NCBI GenBank assembly: GCA_964016885.1
Contig: OZ024740.1
Span: 434,868,001-434,932,000 of the forward strand
Reading direction: 5' to 3'
Source of the DNA: Eledone cirrhosa
Taxonomy: Eukaryota
DNA: 64,000 nt
This document shows, piece by piece, positions 13,235-26,365 of this stretch. The position numbers were made by a program, and so were the translations under genes. The notes below the pieces were generated by a model. The model made no database searches. It had not been told where the DNA came from and saw only the letters and a list, made by a program, of their open reading frames with translations. The stretch's first letter is position 1, and each line of letters starts with the position of its first letter.

Positions 13235-13410
13235 ATATAATTGTTTCTACTTTTGGCACAAGGCCAGCAATTATCCCAGTGTATTACTGGTACTTTATTT
13301 TATCGACCCCGTAAGGATGAAAGGTAAAGTTAACCTCGGCGGGATTTGAACTCAGACCGTAAAGGGCCGTAACCCTATGCTGCAAAGCATGGCGTCCAAC
13401 CCTCTACCAA
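13235..13410 (-). mobile_element. Second SINE family (B-box GAGTTCAAATCCC, CCTTTCATCCTTACGGGGTCGATAAAATAAAGTACCAG centre, (ATT)n tail)
   Basis: Dispersed copies at about 11375-11560 (-), 12715-12930 (-), 17455-17575 (+) and 22370-22470 (+). Confidence 0.75.
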
Positions 13411-13527
13411 TACCACTCCAATGCTATACATTTGTCAATGTCATAATGACTCTGCCAATCCACCATCTTTCCAGACCAAACTAATAAAATCAAATGGTGA
13501 AGGGTTAAAAAGGTGATGTCTACTTAC

Positions 13528-13674
13528 TTCTGACTCAACGTTTACACCTTCTCTCTTTAAATCTTTGATATTCGACTGTAACAGCCTCTCCTTCTCCTCT
13601 TTCTCTACAATATTCTCTTTCAACAGTTTCTTCTCTCCATCCATTCTTTTGATTTGGTTGGAACATATTTGATT
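13528..13674 (-). CDS. EVI5: EVI5-like coding exon: NQICSNQIKRMDGEKKLLKENIVEKEEKERLLQSNIKDLKREGVNVESE
   Basis: 147 bp, phase 0, ctccag/gtaagt. The start NQICSNQIKR resembles EVI5 NQINSNHLRR, which directly follows METQ. Confidence 0.88.
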
Positions 13675-13699
13675 CTGGAGAGAAATAAAAACATAGATA

Positions 13700-14497
13700 A
13701 CAACCACCACCACCATACCACCACCACTGCCACCAATACTACTACCAACACTACCACCATACCATCACTACCAACAATACCACCACCATACCAACACTAC
13801 CACCAATAGTACTACCAACAATACCACCAATACTACTACCAACACTACCACCACTACTGCCACAACCACCAATACTACTACCACCATACCATCACTACCA
13901 ACAATACCACCACCACTGCCACTACCACCAATAGTACTACCAACAATACCACCACCACTGCCACCAATACTACTACCACCATACCAACACTACCACCAAT
14001 ACTACTACCACCATACCACCACCACTACCACCAATACTACTACCAACAATACCACCACCACTGCCACTACCACCAATAGTACTACCAACAATACCACCAC
14101 CACTGCCACCAATACTACTACCACCATACCACCACCACTACCACAATACCAACACTACCACCAATACTACTACCAACAATACCACCACCACTGCCACCAA
14201 TACTACTACCAACAATACCACCACCACTACCACCATACCAACACTACCACCAAAACTACTACCAACAATACCTCCACCACTGCCACCAATACTACTACCA
14301 ACACTACCACTACCTCCATACCACCACCAATACTACCAACACACCACCACCACCACCACCATCACTAGCACCAACATTACTACCATACCCCACCACCATC
14401 AAAACCATAAACACTACTACCACCACCACTGCTGCCACCTCACTACTAACAGACTACTGCCACTACCACCACCACCACCAGTACTACCACCAGCACT
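13700..14497. repeat. (ACC/ACT/AAT)n low-complexity trinucleotide tract
   Basis: Directly visible. Confidence 0.95.
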
Positions 14498-15531
14498 AAT
14501 GGAAACATTGCTTCCTTGGTCCAATCTGATCAACTTCTCTTCAATAGCCATGAGTTAGTAACCAGGATGTAGTCTAGAATTTAGAATAATGTTCTTAATA
14601 AATATAGTAATACCAAGTTTAACTGGACATATTGGTCAACTGATAGTTTATGACAGTATTACCAAGTATAAGGATTCATAAAAATGGCCTCCCTTGTCCC
14701 TCTTAATCTCTACCCCCCCCCCCCCTCTTTATCACATACATGCCTGTTGGTCTCTCTCTCGATCACTCCCTACTCGCACCAAATATAAATAAACCTGTTG
14801 CGAGGTACGAATCTCAGAATTTGTCAACTCTTATTAATGGTCAGTCCACTTCTATGAAATGTAATGTAAAAATACCATTTTCTTCTTCTCCCCATTCTTC
14901 GGTTCATTCATCCATATATCTGTATAATCGCCCAGAATCCAATCCTGCTTTCTCAATGCTATTCTATAATTCTGTCTGGTTGTGCTAAATAATCTTGTGT
15001 ATTTTCAAATCCCAGTATATCGCTTATTACTGTTATATGCTTTATTTAAAACCTTCTTCTCGCTAACTACCCTATACCCCTCCCGCCCGACCCCACTCTC
15101 CACCATTATTATTTGGACCAATCATAAGTCAGTGGCCTATGCTATCACTTCTGGTTGCTTTTCGAGATGATGGATGGACTAAGGAATTCTGGAGAGTCTG
15201 AAGAATCTGGACACTCAGTGACAATGCCAAAGATAACGACAAATTCACCTCATGCTGCCGGACGAAAAGGCAAGGAGGACCCCTCTTTGTTTCGGCCGTG
15301 GATGGCCAACATAACCCCAACCACACCGGATCAATTTAACCCACACTTGATCAATGCAACCCATATTAAATCAATGTAACCCAAATCAAAGTTATGTCCT
15401 TGACGCAACTGAAGGATCTTCCCAATCCTTTGGCAATCTTTCTATGGCCGGATATCCTTACTATCACCAACCACTTTACAGAGTGTACTGGGTGTGTTTA
15501 TCATGTAGATCACCAACACTAGGAAGATGAC

Positions 15532-15665
15532 CTGAGTGAAGTGTGGTGTACTGAGTGAAGTGTGGTGTACTGAGTGAAGTGTGGTGTACAGAGTGAAGTG
15601 TACCGAGTGAAGTGTGGTGTACAGAGTGAAGACCTGAGTAAAGTATGGTGTATTGAGTGAAGTAT
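15532..15665. repeat. Short ~19-bp tandem repeat (GAGTGAAGTGTGGTGTACT)
   Basis: Several degenerate copies visible. Confidence 0.8.
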
Positions 15666-15801
15666 GTTGAATGGTGCAGTATAAATGAGATGAGTGCACA
15701 GACTTAGGGTAACAAAAAGTTTGCAGCAAGTTAATTACTGGTGCAGTATGTAAACATCACAAAAGCTAACAAAATACTTATTCATGCTAATACAAAACAG
15801 T

Positions 15802-15915
15802 CATCATTTTACATCCGTTGTTCCACATGTGCATGGGTTGGATGGGTCCTTCTCAGTACAGCATCTTGCTACTTGTCTTCCTTTGTCATCTCCTCCGTCA
15901 GCTTTAGCAATCTGG
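15802..15915 (-). mobile_element. Old RTE 3' fragment
   Basis: Minus strand ...gtactgagaaggacccatccaacccatgcacatgtggaacaacggatgtaaaatgatg. Confidence 0.6.
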
Positions 15916-16251
15916 TTTTCCTCTACTGTAGCTTGTATTTAGGAGGCTGTTTGCTTGCAAACAAACCAAATATTAATAATGTTATTATAATATTATTCCC
16001 TCATGAATATATTTAGGTATCCACCATGTTAAGAGCAAAAACAAATTTTGTTTTTTTTATTTTTGGCAAAGCTGGCCGTAAAATCGCTCAGTATGCAAAT
16101 GAGGCTAATCAGCCAATGTATACATCTGAGAATACTATGTACTCTCAGCAGTTCCAGTGGTAGCAGTGAGTAGAATACACAATCTTGACAAGGAGCAAAA
16201 CACTCCAAAATAATTGTTTTCTCTCAGTTATGGAACAAAAGGTTGATGTCA

Positions 16252-17410
16252 TCTACCACGTGGTGTTTAGGGCTGTTTTACTACCACATGGCGTTTAGGA
16301 GGCTGTTTTACTGCCACGTGGTGTTTAGGAGGCTGTTTTACTGCCACGTGGTGTTTAGGAGGCTGTTTACTGCCACGTGGTGTTTAGGGCTGTTTTACTA
16401 CCACGTGGTGTTTAGGGCTGTTTTACTACCACATGGTCTTTAGGGCTGTTTTACTACCACATGGTGTTTAGGAGGCTGTTTACTACCACACAGTGTTTAG
16501 GAGGCTGTTTTACTGCCACGTTGTGTTAGGAGGTTGTTTTACTGCCACATGCTGTTTAATGCTGTTTTACTGCCACATGGTGTTTTTATGGCTGTTTTAC
16601 TGCCATATGGTGTTTAGGGCTGTTACTGCCACATGGTGTTTAGGAGGCTGTTTAGTCCCACATTGTGTTTAGGAAGCTGCTTTACTACCACATGGGGTTT
16701 AGGGCTGTTTTACTACCAGATGGTGTTTAGAAGGCTGTTTTACTGCCATGTGGTGTTTAGAAGGCTGTTTTACTGCCATGTGGTGTTTAGGAGGCTGTTT
16801 TACTACCACGTGGTGTTTAGGAGGCTGTTTTACTACCACATGGTCTTTAGGAGGCTGTTTACTACCACGTGGTGTTTAAGAGACTGTTTTACTGCCACGT
16901 GGTGTTTAGGAGGCTGTTTTACTACCACATGGTCTTTAGGAGGCTGTTTACTACCACGTGGTGTTTAAGAGACTGTTTTACTGCCACGTGGTGTTTAGGA
17001 GGCTGTTTTACTACCACATGGTCTTTAGGAGGCTGTTTACTACCACGTGGTGTTTAAGAGACTGTTTTACTGCCACGTGGTGTTTAGGAGGCTGTTTTAC
17101 TACCACATGGTGTTTAGGAGGCTGTTTTACTACCACATGGTGTTTAGGAGGCTGTTTTACTGCCACACGGTGTTTAGGGCTGTTTTACTACCACATGGTG
17201 TTTATGGCTGTTTTACTGCCACATGGTGTTTATGGTTGTTTTACTGCCACATTATGTTTATGGTTGTTTTACTGCCACATTATGTTAAGGGCTGTTTTAC
17301 TGCCACATGATGTTTAGGGCTGTTTTATTGCCACATGGTGTTTAGGGCTGTTTTACTGCCACATGGTGTTTATGACTGTTTTACTGACACGTGGTGTTTA
17401 GGGGGCTATT
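16252..17410. repeat. 27-30-bp minisatellite (TGGTGTTTAGGAGGCTGTTTTACTRCCACR)
   Basis: Directly visible, with an 89-bp three-unit higher-order block around 16830-17070. Confidence 0.95.
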
Positions 17411-17454
17411 TACTTGTAAACAAACTGAATATGAATAATATTATTATAATATTG

Positions 17455-17575
17455 TCAAATCCCGACGAGGTTAACTTTGCCTTTCATCCTTACGGGGTCG
17501 ATAAAATAAAGTACCAGTAATGCACTGGATAATTGCTGGCCTTGTGCCAAAAGTAGAAACAATTATTATTATAAT
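17455..17575 (+). mobile_element. Second SINE family, 5'-truncated copy
   Basis: Near reverse complement of 13240-13350. Confidence 0.75.
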
Positions 17576-17587
17576 ATTGTTATTCAC

Positions 17588-17751
17588 TCACACACACACA
17601 TATATATATATATACACACACATATATATACATACACATATATATATATACACACACATATATATATACACACACATATATATATATACACACACACATA
17701 TATATATACACACACACATATATATATACACACACACATATATATATATAC

Positions 17752-17792
<41 letters not shown>

Positions 17793-17818
17793 TATCTATA
17801 TATATATACATATATATA
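17588..17818. repeat. Compound (TA)n/(CA)n microsatellite
   Basis: Directly visible. Confidence 0.95.
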
Positions 17819-18668
17819 GAGACAGTATATTTTTAGAATCATTGAGTTAGACATTTTGAATTTAAAGCCAACTTAAAGATGAAAGCTTCAACACATTTGA
17901 AAAATAGTCTAATAAGCCCCTGGATGGGAAAAAAGTGAATCTGAACTTGATGTTAGATTTAAATTCAAATTTCACACACACAATATTATCTCTTAATTCT
18001 AGAAACTGTCATTAGGGATATGATGCAAACGAAACTCTTATTAGTTAGTTTAGGCTGCATTTCCCCACCCCTTTGGAAACTTTGGAATCAGTTAAACTGT
18101 GTATGTTTGTATATATATGTGTGTGTGTATGCACGTGTGTGTGTATGTGTGTGTATGTGTGCGTGTGTTTCTTTTGTTGAAGAGATGACTATTTTTGAGT
18201 TTCAATTTCTTTAATAGAATCTTCTGATATTTTCTAAGAAGACCTCTGAAGACTGAAGTTATTTAGAACAAAGAACTACCTTGGTCCACAATATTTTGGC
18301 AATGTTTCCAGCACCTCAGAAATTGAAACTAGAAAATAATATCTTCAGCAATACATGTGTAAATGAAGAACTTAGCCATTGAAAAGAACCATGGAGAGTA
18401 TATATATATATACAATAGTACAACATATTCGAAGTTCGATCAGCAGCCAAGCCAACGAATGCCTTCAGCAGTGGAGCCAAGCACTCGACAAGGAATAAAC
18501 CTCAGAGTAATAACACAGTTTAAAGGGCTTTGCAAATTGAAAATAGCGATCGCTAATTTAGCCGCGTGATCTGTAGCAACGAAAGAACTGACTAGTGAGA
18601 AAAGGAAATACACATACACATATATATACATATAAAAATATACATACATACATATATGCACATATCTG

Positions 18669-18706
<38 letters not shown>

Positions 18707-19124
18707 CGTGCGTGTGTACATATTGTTGACTTAAGAAGCATTGGAAAGACTTGAAATTTGAAATGCAGTTGTCTCAATCCAAATGGCTATAATAATAGTT
18801 GACCACTATAAATAATAGTTAAGAAAATCAAAGTATCTCTGGGGAGGAGGAAATGTGGACAGGGACACATCTGTCTACTTTTTTCCACCTCCAGAGATAC
18901 TTTAACCAATTTTCTCAAGTATTATTTATAGTTATCAACTATTATTATAGCCATTTACATTGGAACAACTACATTTCAATGCGTGATATATTGTATAAGT
19001 TTATCCCGGGTTCAATCAGGGGTAACCACAGTAAGTAAGGTACTCAATACATAGCAGAGTATAAATATTTAATATAGAAAGGCTTCTACATGACTAGAAC
19101 TGTTTCATTAGGTAGAAATCATCA

Positions 19125-19181
19125 GAAGGCTTCCTGATGAATTCTACCTAATGAAACAGTTCTAGTCCTGTAGAAGCCTTT
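19125..19181 (+). ncRNA. Type I hammerhead ribozyme motif
   Basis: Stem I GAAGGCUUC/GAAGCCUUU, then CUGAUGA, stem II AUU-cuaccu-AAU, GAAA, stem III CAG-uucuaguc-CUG, and a GUA cleavage triplet (cut predicted after 19172). Confidence 0.7.
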
Positions 19182-19949
19182 CTATATTAAATATATAAAG
19201 GTAGAACTATACTAACAATTCTCGAAGGCAAGTAAAGAATTATAATGATAGTATGTAATTTCCTGTTTTTACAAAAGGAATATCTCAATGTCTTTATATA
19301 ATATATAAAGGTTTGGAGAAGAAGAGATATTAGGTTGGTAGTTATAAATGTAGAGCAAATATAAACAAGGGCATTAATGGAAAAATTATACTTCTTTCAT
19401 CAAAAAACTATATTTATTCCCTTGTTTCCAAGGAAACATGACTTCCAATTATTCAAAATGTTGGTAAGTTTTCACATGGTCATGTCATTCTATAAATTTA
19501 GATATATGTCTATATAGTCATATTTATTGTCCTCAGAGAGATAAAGAGTTTGTGGTGAATATTGTCACTGGAACACCCTTGTTTATATATATGTATTAGA
19601 AAGATTTGAGGCCTGGTGGCTCAGCTCTTGCCCTTCCAACAGCTAATTCCAGACTGTTGACAAACAGATGTATACCGTTATAAGGACAACTTATTACTTT
19701 ACTGACTAGTCACCTAAGCCACGCCCCTGATGAGATGGCCAACCTACTGCAAATCTGTCAACAGTTTGGAATTAGCTGTCGGCAAGAGCTCAGCTGTTGA
19801 GTCCCAACTCTTTCTAATATAGCCATACTCTACTATCCCAAGTATCCAGTACTCTCTTGAATAACGGTCCGACTAGTTTAATACTGGTTAAATCTGGATA
19901 TATATATATCTGGGGGTAGAGAGTGAAGTATAGGGACATTAAATATTAA

Positions 19950-20167
19950 CCCTTTAGTATTTAAACTGGCCATATCCGGCCAGGATTCTCTCACCTCTTT
20001 CTATTCAAACCGGCTGTAACTGGCTCCTCATACTGATGTTAAGGTAATGTTCTCAAAATAAATATCAAAATCCCATAGATTCGATATTATGTGAAATAAT
20101 TATGTGAGATAAAGTGTTTACCATGAAAATACAATAGTAAATACAGAGTAATGTAAATGTTAAAGGG
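19950..20167. mobile_element. piggyBac-like MITE
   Basis: TTAA|CCCTTTAGTATTTA ... TAAATGTTAAAGGG|TTAA. A truncated related copy is at about 13099-13230. Confidence 0.75.
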
Positions 20168-20519
20168 TTAAGACACAGATAAGCAGTAAAATGGAGTAAA
20201 ATGTGAAGAAGCAGCAGTTAGTAAAACAATAAGACGTTCAACAGATTAACATTAATTTATTTAAAACTGTTTCTTACAGAAATTACATGGAAATGTGGAA
20301 ATACAGCAATGGTGACTTGATAAAGCTGTAATGTAGGGATGTGTGTATGTACAATTGTGGCTGTGTATAATGTGTGTGTATAAATATAGAGCATAACTAA
20401 AGATATTTAATTTGAAATAATTCAAAACATAATGGTTGAAAAATTGATAGAGAAAAAAGTAACAAAAATAATAACAACAAAAAAGTATATAAATATATAT
20501 GTATTAGAAACACACACAG

Positions 20520-20696
20520 AGATAAAATTGTGTTATAACGAATACCATTATAACAGTTTTTTAGTATAATGAAATTGTTTTCAATCCCCGAAGTAATAGC
20601 AAACACTCCATGTGTTGGGTCAATCTCGTTATAAAGAATTTTTCGCTACAACAAACTTGTTTTTATACCCTATGAATTTCGTTATAACGGAATTTC

Positions 20697-20700
<4 letters not shown>
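20520..20700. mobile_element. Tigger/pogo-like MITE remnant
   Basis: The right end reads CAGTGAAATTCCGTTATAACG on the minus strand, with internal repeated GTTATAAC palindromes. Confidence 0.5.
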
Positions 20701-20760
<60 letters not shown>

Positions 20761-20822
20761 CGTGTGTGCGTGTGCACGCGTGTGTGTGCGTGTGTATATA
20801 TATATATGTGTGTGTGTGTGTA
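20699..20822. repeat. (TG)n microsatellite
   Basis: Directly visible. Others at 40479-40540 and 40841-40883. Confidence 0.95.
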
Positions 20823-21089
20823 TAGGTAAAAAGTAAAAATGAAGAAAAAGCATAAAGGTAAATTTAAAGATTATTTTTTTCTTTAATCTGACAGAATGAA
20901 CATTATAATTGTTACATGAAGCAGATTGAAAGTTTGGCAAAATTTAAATAATATTTAAATATACACCTGTGCCTTTTCACTTTTTCTTTTTACCTTTGAT
21001 TTGTATGGAACTTTGCTCCTTTTCTCAACTGTGTATATGTATATATATAATCACCATTTAACGTCCATTTTTTTCATGCTACCATATAG

Positions 21090-21125
<36 letters not shown>

Positions 21126-21127
<2 letters not shown>

Positions 21128-21282
21128 CATCATCATCATCGTTTAACGTCCATGTTCCACGCTTGCATGGGTTTGGACGGGAGTTTTCCCACTTGAGGCA
21201 AGAGTGGTTGTCATTGCTCGCATAGGACTGTCTGGCGGGTTTTCTACAGCTGGATGCCCTTCCTAACACCAACCACATTTAC
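21126..21282 (-). mobile_element. Heavily 5'-truncated copy of the RTE 3' end
   Basis: The reverse complement closely matches 58365-58520 (ggttggtgttaggaagggcatcca...gcctcaagtggga...cccatgcaagcgtggaaca.ggacgttaaacg(atg)n). Flanked by (TA)n. Confidence 0.88.
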
Positions 21283-22809
21283 CAACTTTATTATATATAT
21301 ATAATAAAGAGTCAGGACCTGACTCTTTATATTATAACCATACTCTACTACCCCAAGTATTGAGTACTCTGTTGAGTAATGGTCTAACTAGTTTCAAACT
21401 GGTTCTATCCTGATATATATATATATATATCAAATGATCTTCTAACCCATGCCCCCACCCTAGAAAAAAAAAAAAATGAAACAAAATTCACTTTATTTGG
21501 TTTCATTTAGAAAATATGAAGTCTTTTTTCTTTTACAAGATAATGCTTAATTATAAGATTTGCAATTATAACAAATATAAATGACAGAGTAGATGTAAAA
21601 TGTAATAATTATGGAATTTAAGTAGTTAAATATGTTTTCAACATAATATTTTGTAAAGAAGGGAAAATATAAGTAATTCAATTTCAGTAAAAAATGTGAT
21701 TAAAATAAAATAATTTCCCATTTCCCATCAAATTGCTTATAACTGATGATGACAATAGCAATATTGAAATACATATATACACATGAGCTTGTTGTAGTTT
21801 ACTTGAAGCATTGTGTTAGTATATAAAGCAGTAAGTTATATGAACGGTAGATTGTGTCTTGTAGCCTTCACATAACTTTGTTATATATAGGTTTCACATT
21901 AATGTCTTTAAAGACAATATGAAACCTCGCTTTCTTTTCAATATATATATATATATATATTGATTTTTTTTTTTTTAGAATCCCCACCTCCACCCAAATG
22001 TATTTCATTAATGTAAGGGTTAAACATTTTTTCCGTTAAAATCTTGTAAATTAAGCAGGTTGGCTATTAATATAAAGCAATGGAAGTACAAACAAATGTC
22101 AATGCTGAGATTTTAAAAGGTTGGAAATATTTTGTAGAAAACAATCCCCCTTGACCTACCCCCCAAATAACGAGTTTCTATGAAGAGTTCTACAAAACGA
22201 GCAGCAGTGAAAAGACTTGACTACACCACTAATTGAAAGTATTATTATTATTAGTAGTATTATATTTTCATTTCACTTTATATACAATGACTACCAAGTA
22301 CCAACCGGATACTTAGAGCTGGCATCATTGCTTTTGACAGTTTTTGATAGCTTTATTATTTATAATAAAATGAATTACCAGTCATACACTGGGGTCAATT
22401 TAATTGACTTTCTCCTCCCCACAAAATTGCTGGCCTTATTCCTCAATCAGAAACTATTTTTATTATTATTCCTATCACAACTGTCATCCCATTCAACAAT
22501 TATATATAGTTGTCATTATCAGAATAACATGAAAGTTGAGGAAAGATAAAATGTCTTCTGTGAACAAGAAAAATCAAATACATTTTAAATCTCTGAAGGA
22601 AGACTTGTTGGGGAAAACAAACAAAACCATTGTTGATATCACAGAGAATCAGCTAGCTGAAGAAACAAGTTATATAACTATGTTTGATTAACAAGGTCCC
22701 AGACATCATTTGCTTACTGAGTGAGGTGGAACTTATCAAATTAGACCAAGAAAACAATGTGTCCATTACTCTTTCCATTTCTGGTACTATCTATCAATCA
22801 CAAGTCCTG

Positions 22810-22936
22810 GCAGAAAGAGCAATGTGAAATAAAATATCTTGCTCAAGAACATAACCATCATCTGGTCTGGGAATCGAACTCGCAACCTCACGATTGTAAA
22901 TCCAATTCTCTAACCACTAAGCCACGTACTTCCACA
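22810..22936 (-). mobile_element. SINE 5' fragment (tRNA head plus centre)
   Basis: gagcaatgtgaaataaaatatcttgctcaag...gggaatcgaactc...ctaaccactaagccac. Confidence 0.7.
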
Positions 22937-23371
22937 TAACCATGATAACCTAAGGCATTATTAACAAAGGACTTTAATTTTATACACAACGACAAGTAAT
23001 AGACTGCTGGTTTATGTCAACAGTGATAACAACAAATACCTTTAATAAAGATGTTAAAATCTAGTAAAATTTGGTAACAGGAACCAGGTAATTAATTAAT
23101 TAAATCTTGCAATTACGAAAAGACAAAGTAATATTGAAGGGATTGAATGGCAGCTAAAGTCCATAGCACACTTGACCATATCAAAAAAAGAGGAGACTTG
23201 TTATGTATTTAAACTATATAAAGATTTTACTGACAGGATCTTGCTGGAACTTCTTTCCATTGCCTCTAGTTTCAAATTTATACTTAAACATTTTCTGGAG
23301 TTTGGAAAAATAATGTTAGTAGTAATGGCAGCAGTAAGACAGGGAAACTGCCAGTATTAGAATGTTACTAA

Positions 23372-25771
23372 ACCAGCAGTTAGTATAGTCTATATATACT
23401 GGACAGATGACATGACACTAGTTTATAGAAACCAACAGTTAGTATAGTCTATATATACTGGACAGATGACATGACACTAGTTTATAGAAACCAACAGTTA
23501 GTATAGTCTATATATACTGGACAGATGACATGACACTAGTTTATAGAAACCAGTAGATGTTAGTATAGTCTATATATACTGGACAGATGACATGACACTA
23601 GTTTATAGAAACCAACAGTTAGTATAGTCTATATATACTGGACAGATGACATGACACTAGTTTATAGAAACCAACAGATGTTAGTATAGTCTATATATAC
23701 TGGACAGATGACATGACACTAGTTTATAGAAACCAGTAGATGTTAGTATAGTCTATATATACTGGACAGATGACATGACACTAGTTTATAGAAACCAACA
23801 GGTGTTAGTATAGTCTATATATACTGGACAGATGACATGACACTAGTTTATAGAAACCAACAGTTAGTATAGTCTATATATACTGGACAGATGACATGAC
23901 ACTAGTTTATAGAAACCAGCAGTTAGTATAGTCTATATACACTGGACAGATGACATGACACTAGTTTATAGAAACCAGTAGCTGTTAGTATAGTCTATAT
24001 ATACTGGACAGATGACATGACACTAGTTTATAGAAACCAGTAGATGTTAGTATAGTCTATATATACTGGACAGATGACATGACACTAGTTTATAGAAACC
24101 AGGAGATGTTAGTATAGTCTATATATACTGGACAGATGACATGACACTAGTTTATAGAAACCAACAGTTAGTATAGTCTATATATACTGGACAGATGACA
24201 TGACACTAGTTTATAGAAACCAACAGATGTTAGTATAGTCTATATATACTGGACAGATGACATGACACTAGTTTATAGAAACCAGGAGATGTTAGTATAG
24301 TCTATATATACTGGACATATGACATGACACTAGTTTATAGAAACCAGTAGATGTTAGTATAGTCTATATATACTGGACAGATGACATGACACTAGTTTAC
24401 AGAAACCAACAGTTAGTATAGTCTATATATATACTGGACAGATGACATGACACTAGTTTATAGAAACCAACAGTTAGTATAGTCTATATATACTGGACAG
24501 ATGACATGACACTAGTTTATAGAAACCAACAGATGTTAGTATAGTCTATATATACTGGACAGATGACATGACACTAGTTTATAGAAACCAAGAGATGTTA
24601 GTATAGTCTATATATACTGGACACATGACATGACACTAGTTTATAGAAACCAACAGTTAGTATAGTCTATATATACTGGACAGATGACATGACACTAGTT
24701 TATAGAAACCAACAGATGTTAGTATAGTCTATATATACTGGACAGATGACATGACACTAGTTTATAGAAACCAGTAGATGTTAGTATAGTCTATATATAC
24801 TGGACAGATGACATGACACTAGTTTATAGAAACCAACAGATGTTAGTATAGTCTATATATACTGGACAGATGACATGACACTAGTTTATAGAAACCAACA
24901 GTTAGTATAGTCTATATATACTGGACAGATGACATGACACTAGTTTATAGAAACCAACAGATGTTAGTATAGTCTATATATACTGGACAGAGGACATGAC
25001 ACAAGTTTATAGAAACCAACAGATGTTAGTATAGTCTATATATACTGGACAGATGACATGACACTAGTTTATAGAAACCAACAGACGTTAGTATAGTCTA
25101 TATATACTGGACAGATGACATGACACTAGTTTATAGAAACCAAGAGATGTTAGTATAGTCTATATATACTGGACAGATGACATGACACTAGTTTATAGAA
25201 ACCAACAGGTGTTAGTATAGTCTATATATACTGGACAGATGACATGACACTAGTTTATAGAAACCAACAGTTAGTATAGTCTATATATACTGGACAGATG
25301 ACATGACACTAGTTTATAGAAACCAGCAGTTAGTATAGTCTATATACACTGGACAGATGACATGACACTAGTTTATAGAAACCAGTAGATGTTAGTATAG
25401 TCTATATATACTGGACAGATGACATGACACTAGTTTATAGAAACCAGTAGATGTTAGTATAGTCTATATATACTGGACAGATGACATGACACTAGTTTAT
25501 AGAAACCAGGAGATGTTAGTATAGTCTATATATACTGGACAGATGACATGACACTAGTTTATAGAAACCAACAGTTAGTATAGTCTATATATACTGGACA
25601 GATGACATGACACTAGTTTATAGAAACCAGTAGATGTTAGTATAGTCTATATATACTGGACAGATGACATGACACTAGTTTATAGAAACCAGTAGATGTT
25701 AATATAGTCTATATATACTGGACAGATGACATGACACTAGTTTATAGAAACCAGTCGATGTCAATGTAGTC

Positions 25772-25775
<4 letters not shown>
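23372..25775. repeat. 59/62-bp minisatellite, about 39 copies
   Basis: CCAACAG(ATG)TTAGTATAGTCTATATATACTGGACAGATGACATGACACTAGTTTATAGAAA in tandem. Confidence 0.98.
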
Positions 25776-25804
<29 letters not shown>

Positions 25805-26069
25805 CAAAGACCAACAGATGTTAATCAAAGAGATGAAAATGATCCCTGTCAAAACTGTTACAGAGAGTTTCAAAAACTATGAAATGACTGGGAAGAAATG
25901 GTAGTAGAAGACTTTGGTAAGGAATATCAAGTGTAATTACTGTCTGTGTACCGTAATTATGGAACTGAAATTTACGACCAAGTTGTTAGACTAAATCAAT
26001 TTCCATCCTATTAGAGGTGGGGTGGAGCAAGGAGAAGGGTGGAGAGAGAAAGAGAGGGAAGAGGGAGAG

Positions 26070-26365
26070 AGAAGACATAAAACAATTCTGTAGCTAAATC
26101 CTACAGTAAGGTACTTTAGATCATTGCCGATAGAATTATTGGAGGAAGAAGCTACTTTTAGAAGTGTAGAAGAGGTAAAGAAATAAGGGATGATGTTCTT
26201 AACTTTAAAGATTGTTATTGAGAAAACAAAGAAGAGGATGGAGGATTTAGTGTGTTTAGCAACTATTGAAAACCTAGAATTATTCACGAGAAATTATGGT
26301 CAGTTTGATACTATCCTTATTTCTGGTAGCAGAGAAAGTGTTTGTCAATGAGAGAAAGATGGCGT
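26070..26365 (-). pseudogene. Possible degenerate CR1-like LINE ORF2 3' fragment
   Basis: FFVFSITIFKVKNIIPYFFTSSTLLK loosely resembles the CR1 FFSxRVVxxWNxLPxxVVxxxSLxxFK motif. Weak. Confidence 0.3.

Noticed and set aside
14780-15480. Higher-complexity, coding-like sequence
   Set aside because: There are stops in all frames and no convincing motif or splice sites. It is probably an old transposon fragment that I cannot assign.
18415-18600. Island between TA tracts with CUGCUGAAGG...CGAAUAU on the minus strand
   Set aside because: It has too many core deviations to call a hammerhead.
17520-21278. Short YI/HT/CV-rich ORFs
   Set aside because: They are microsatellite translations.
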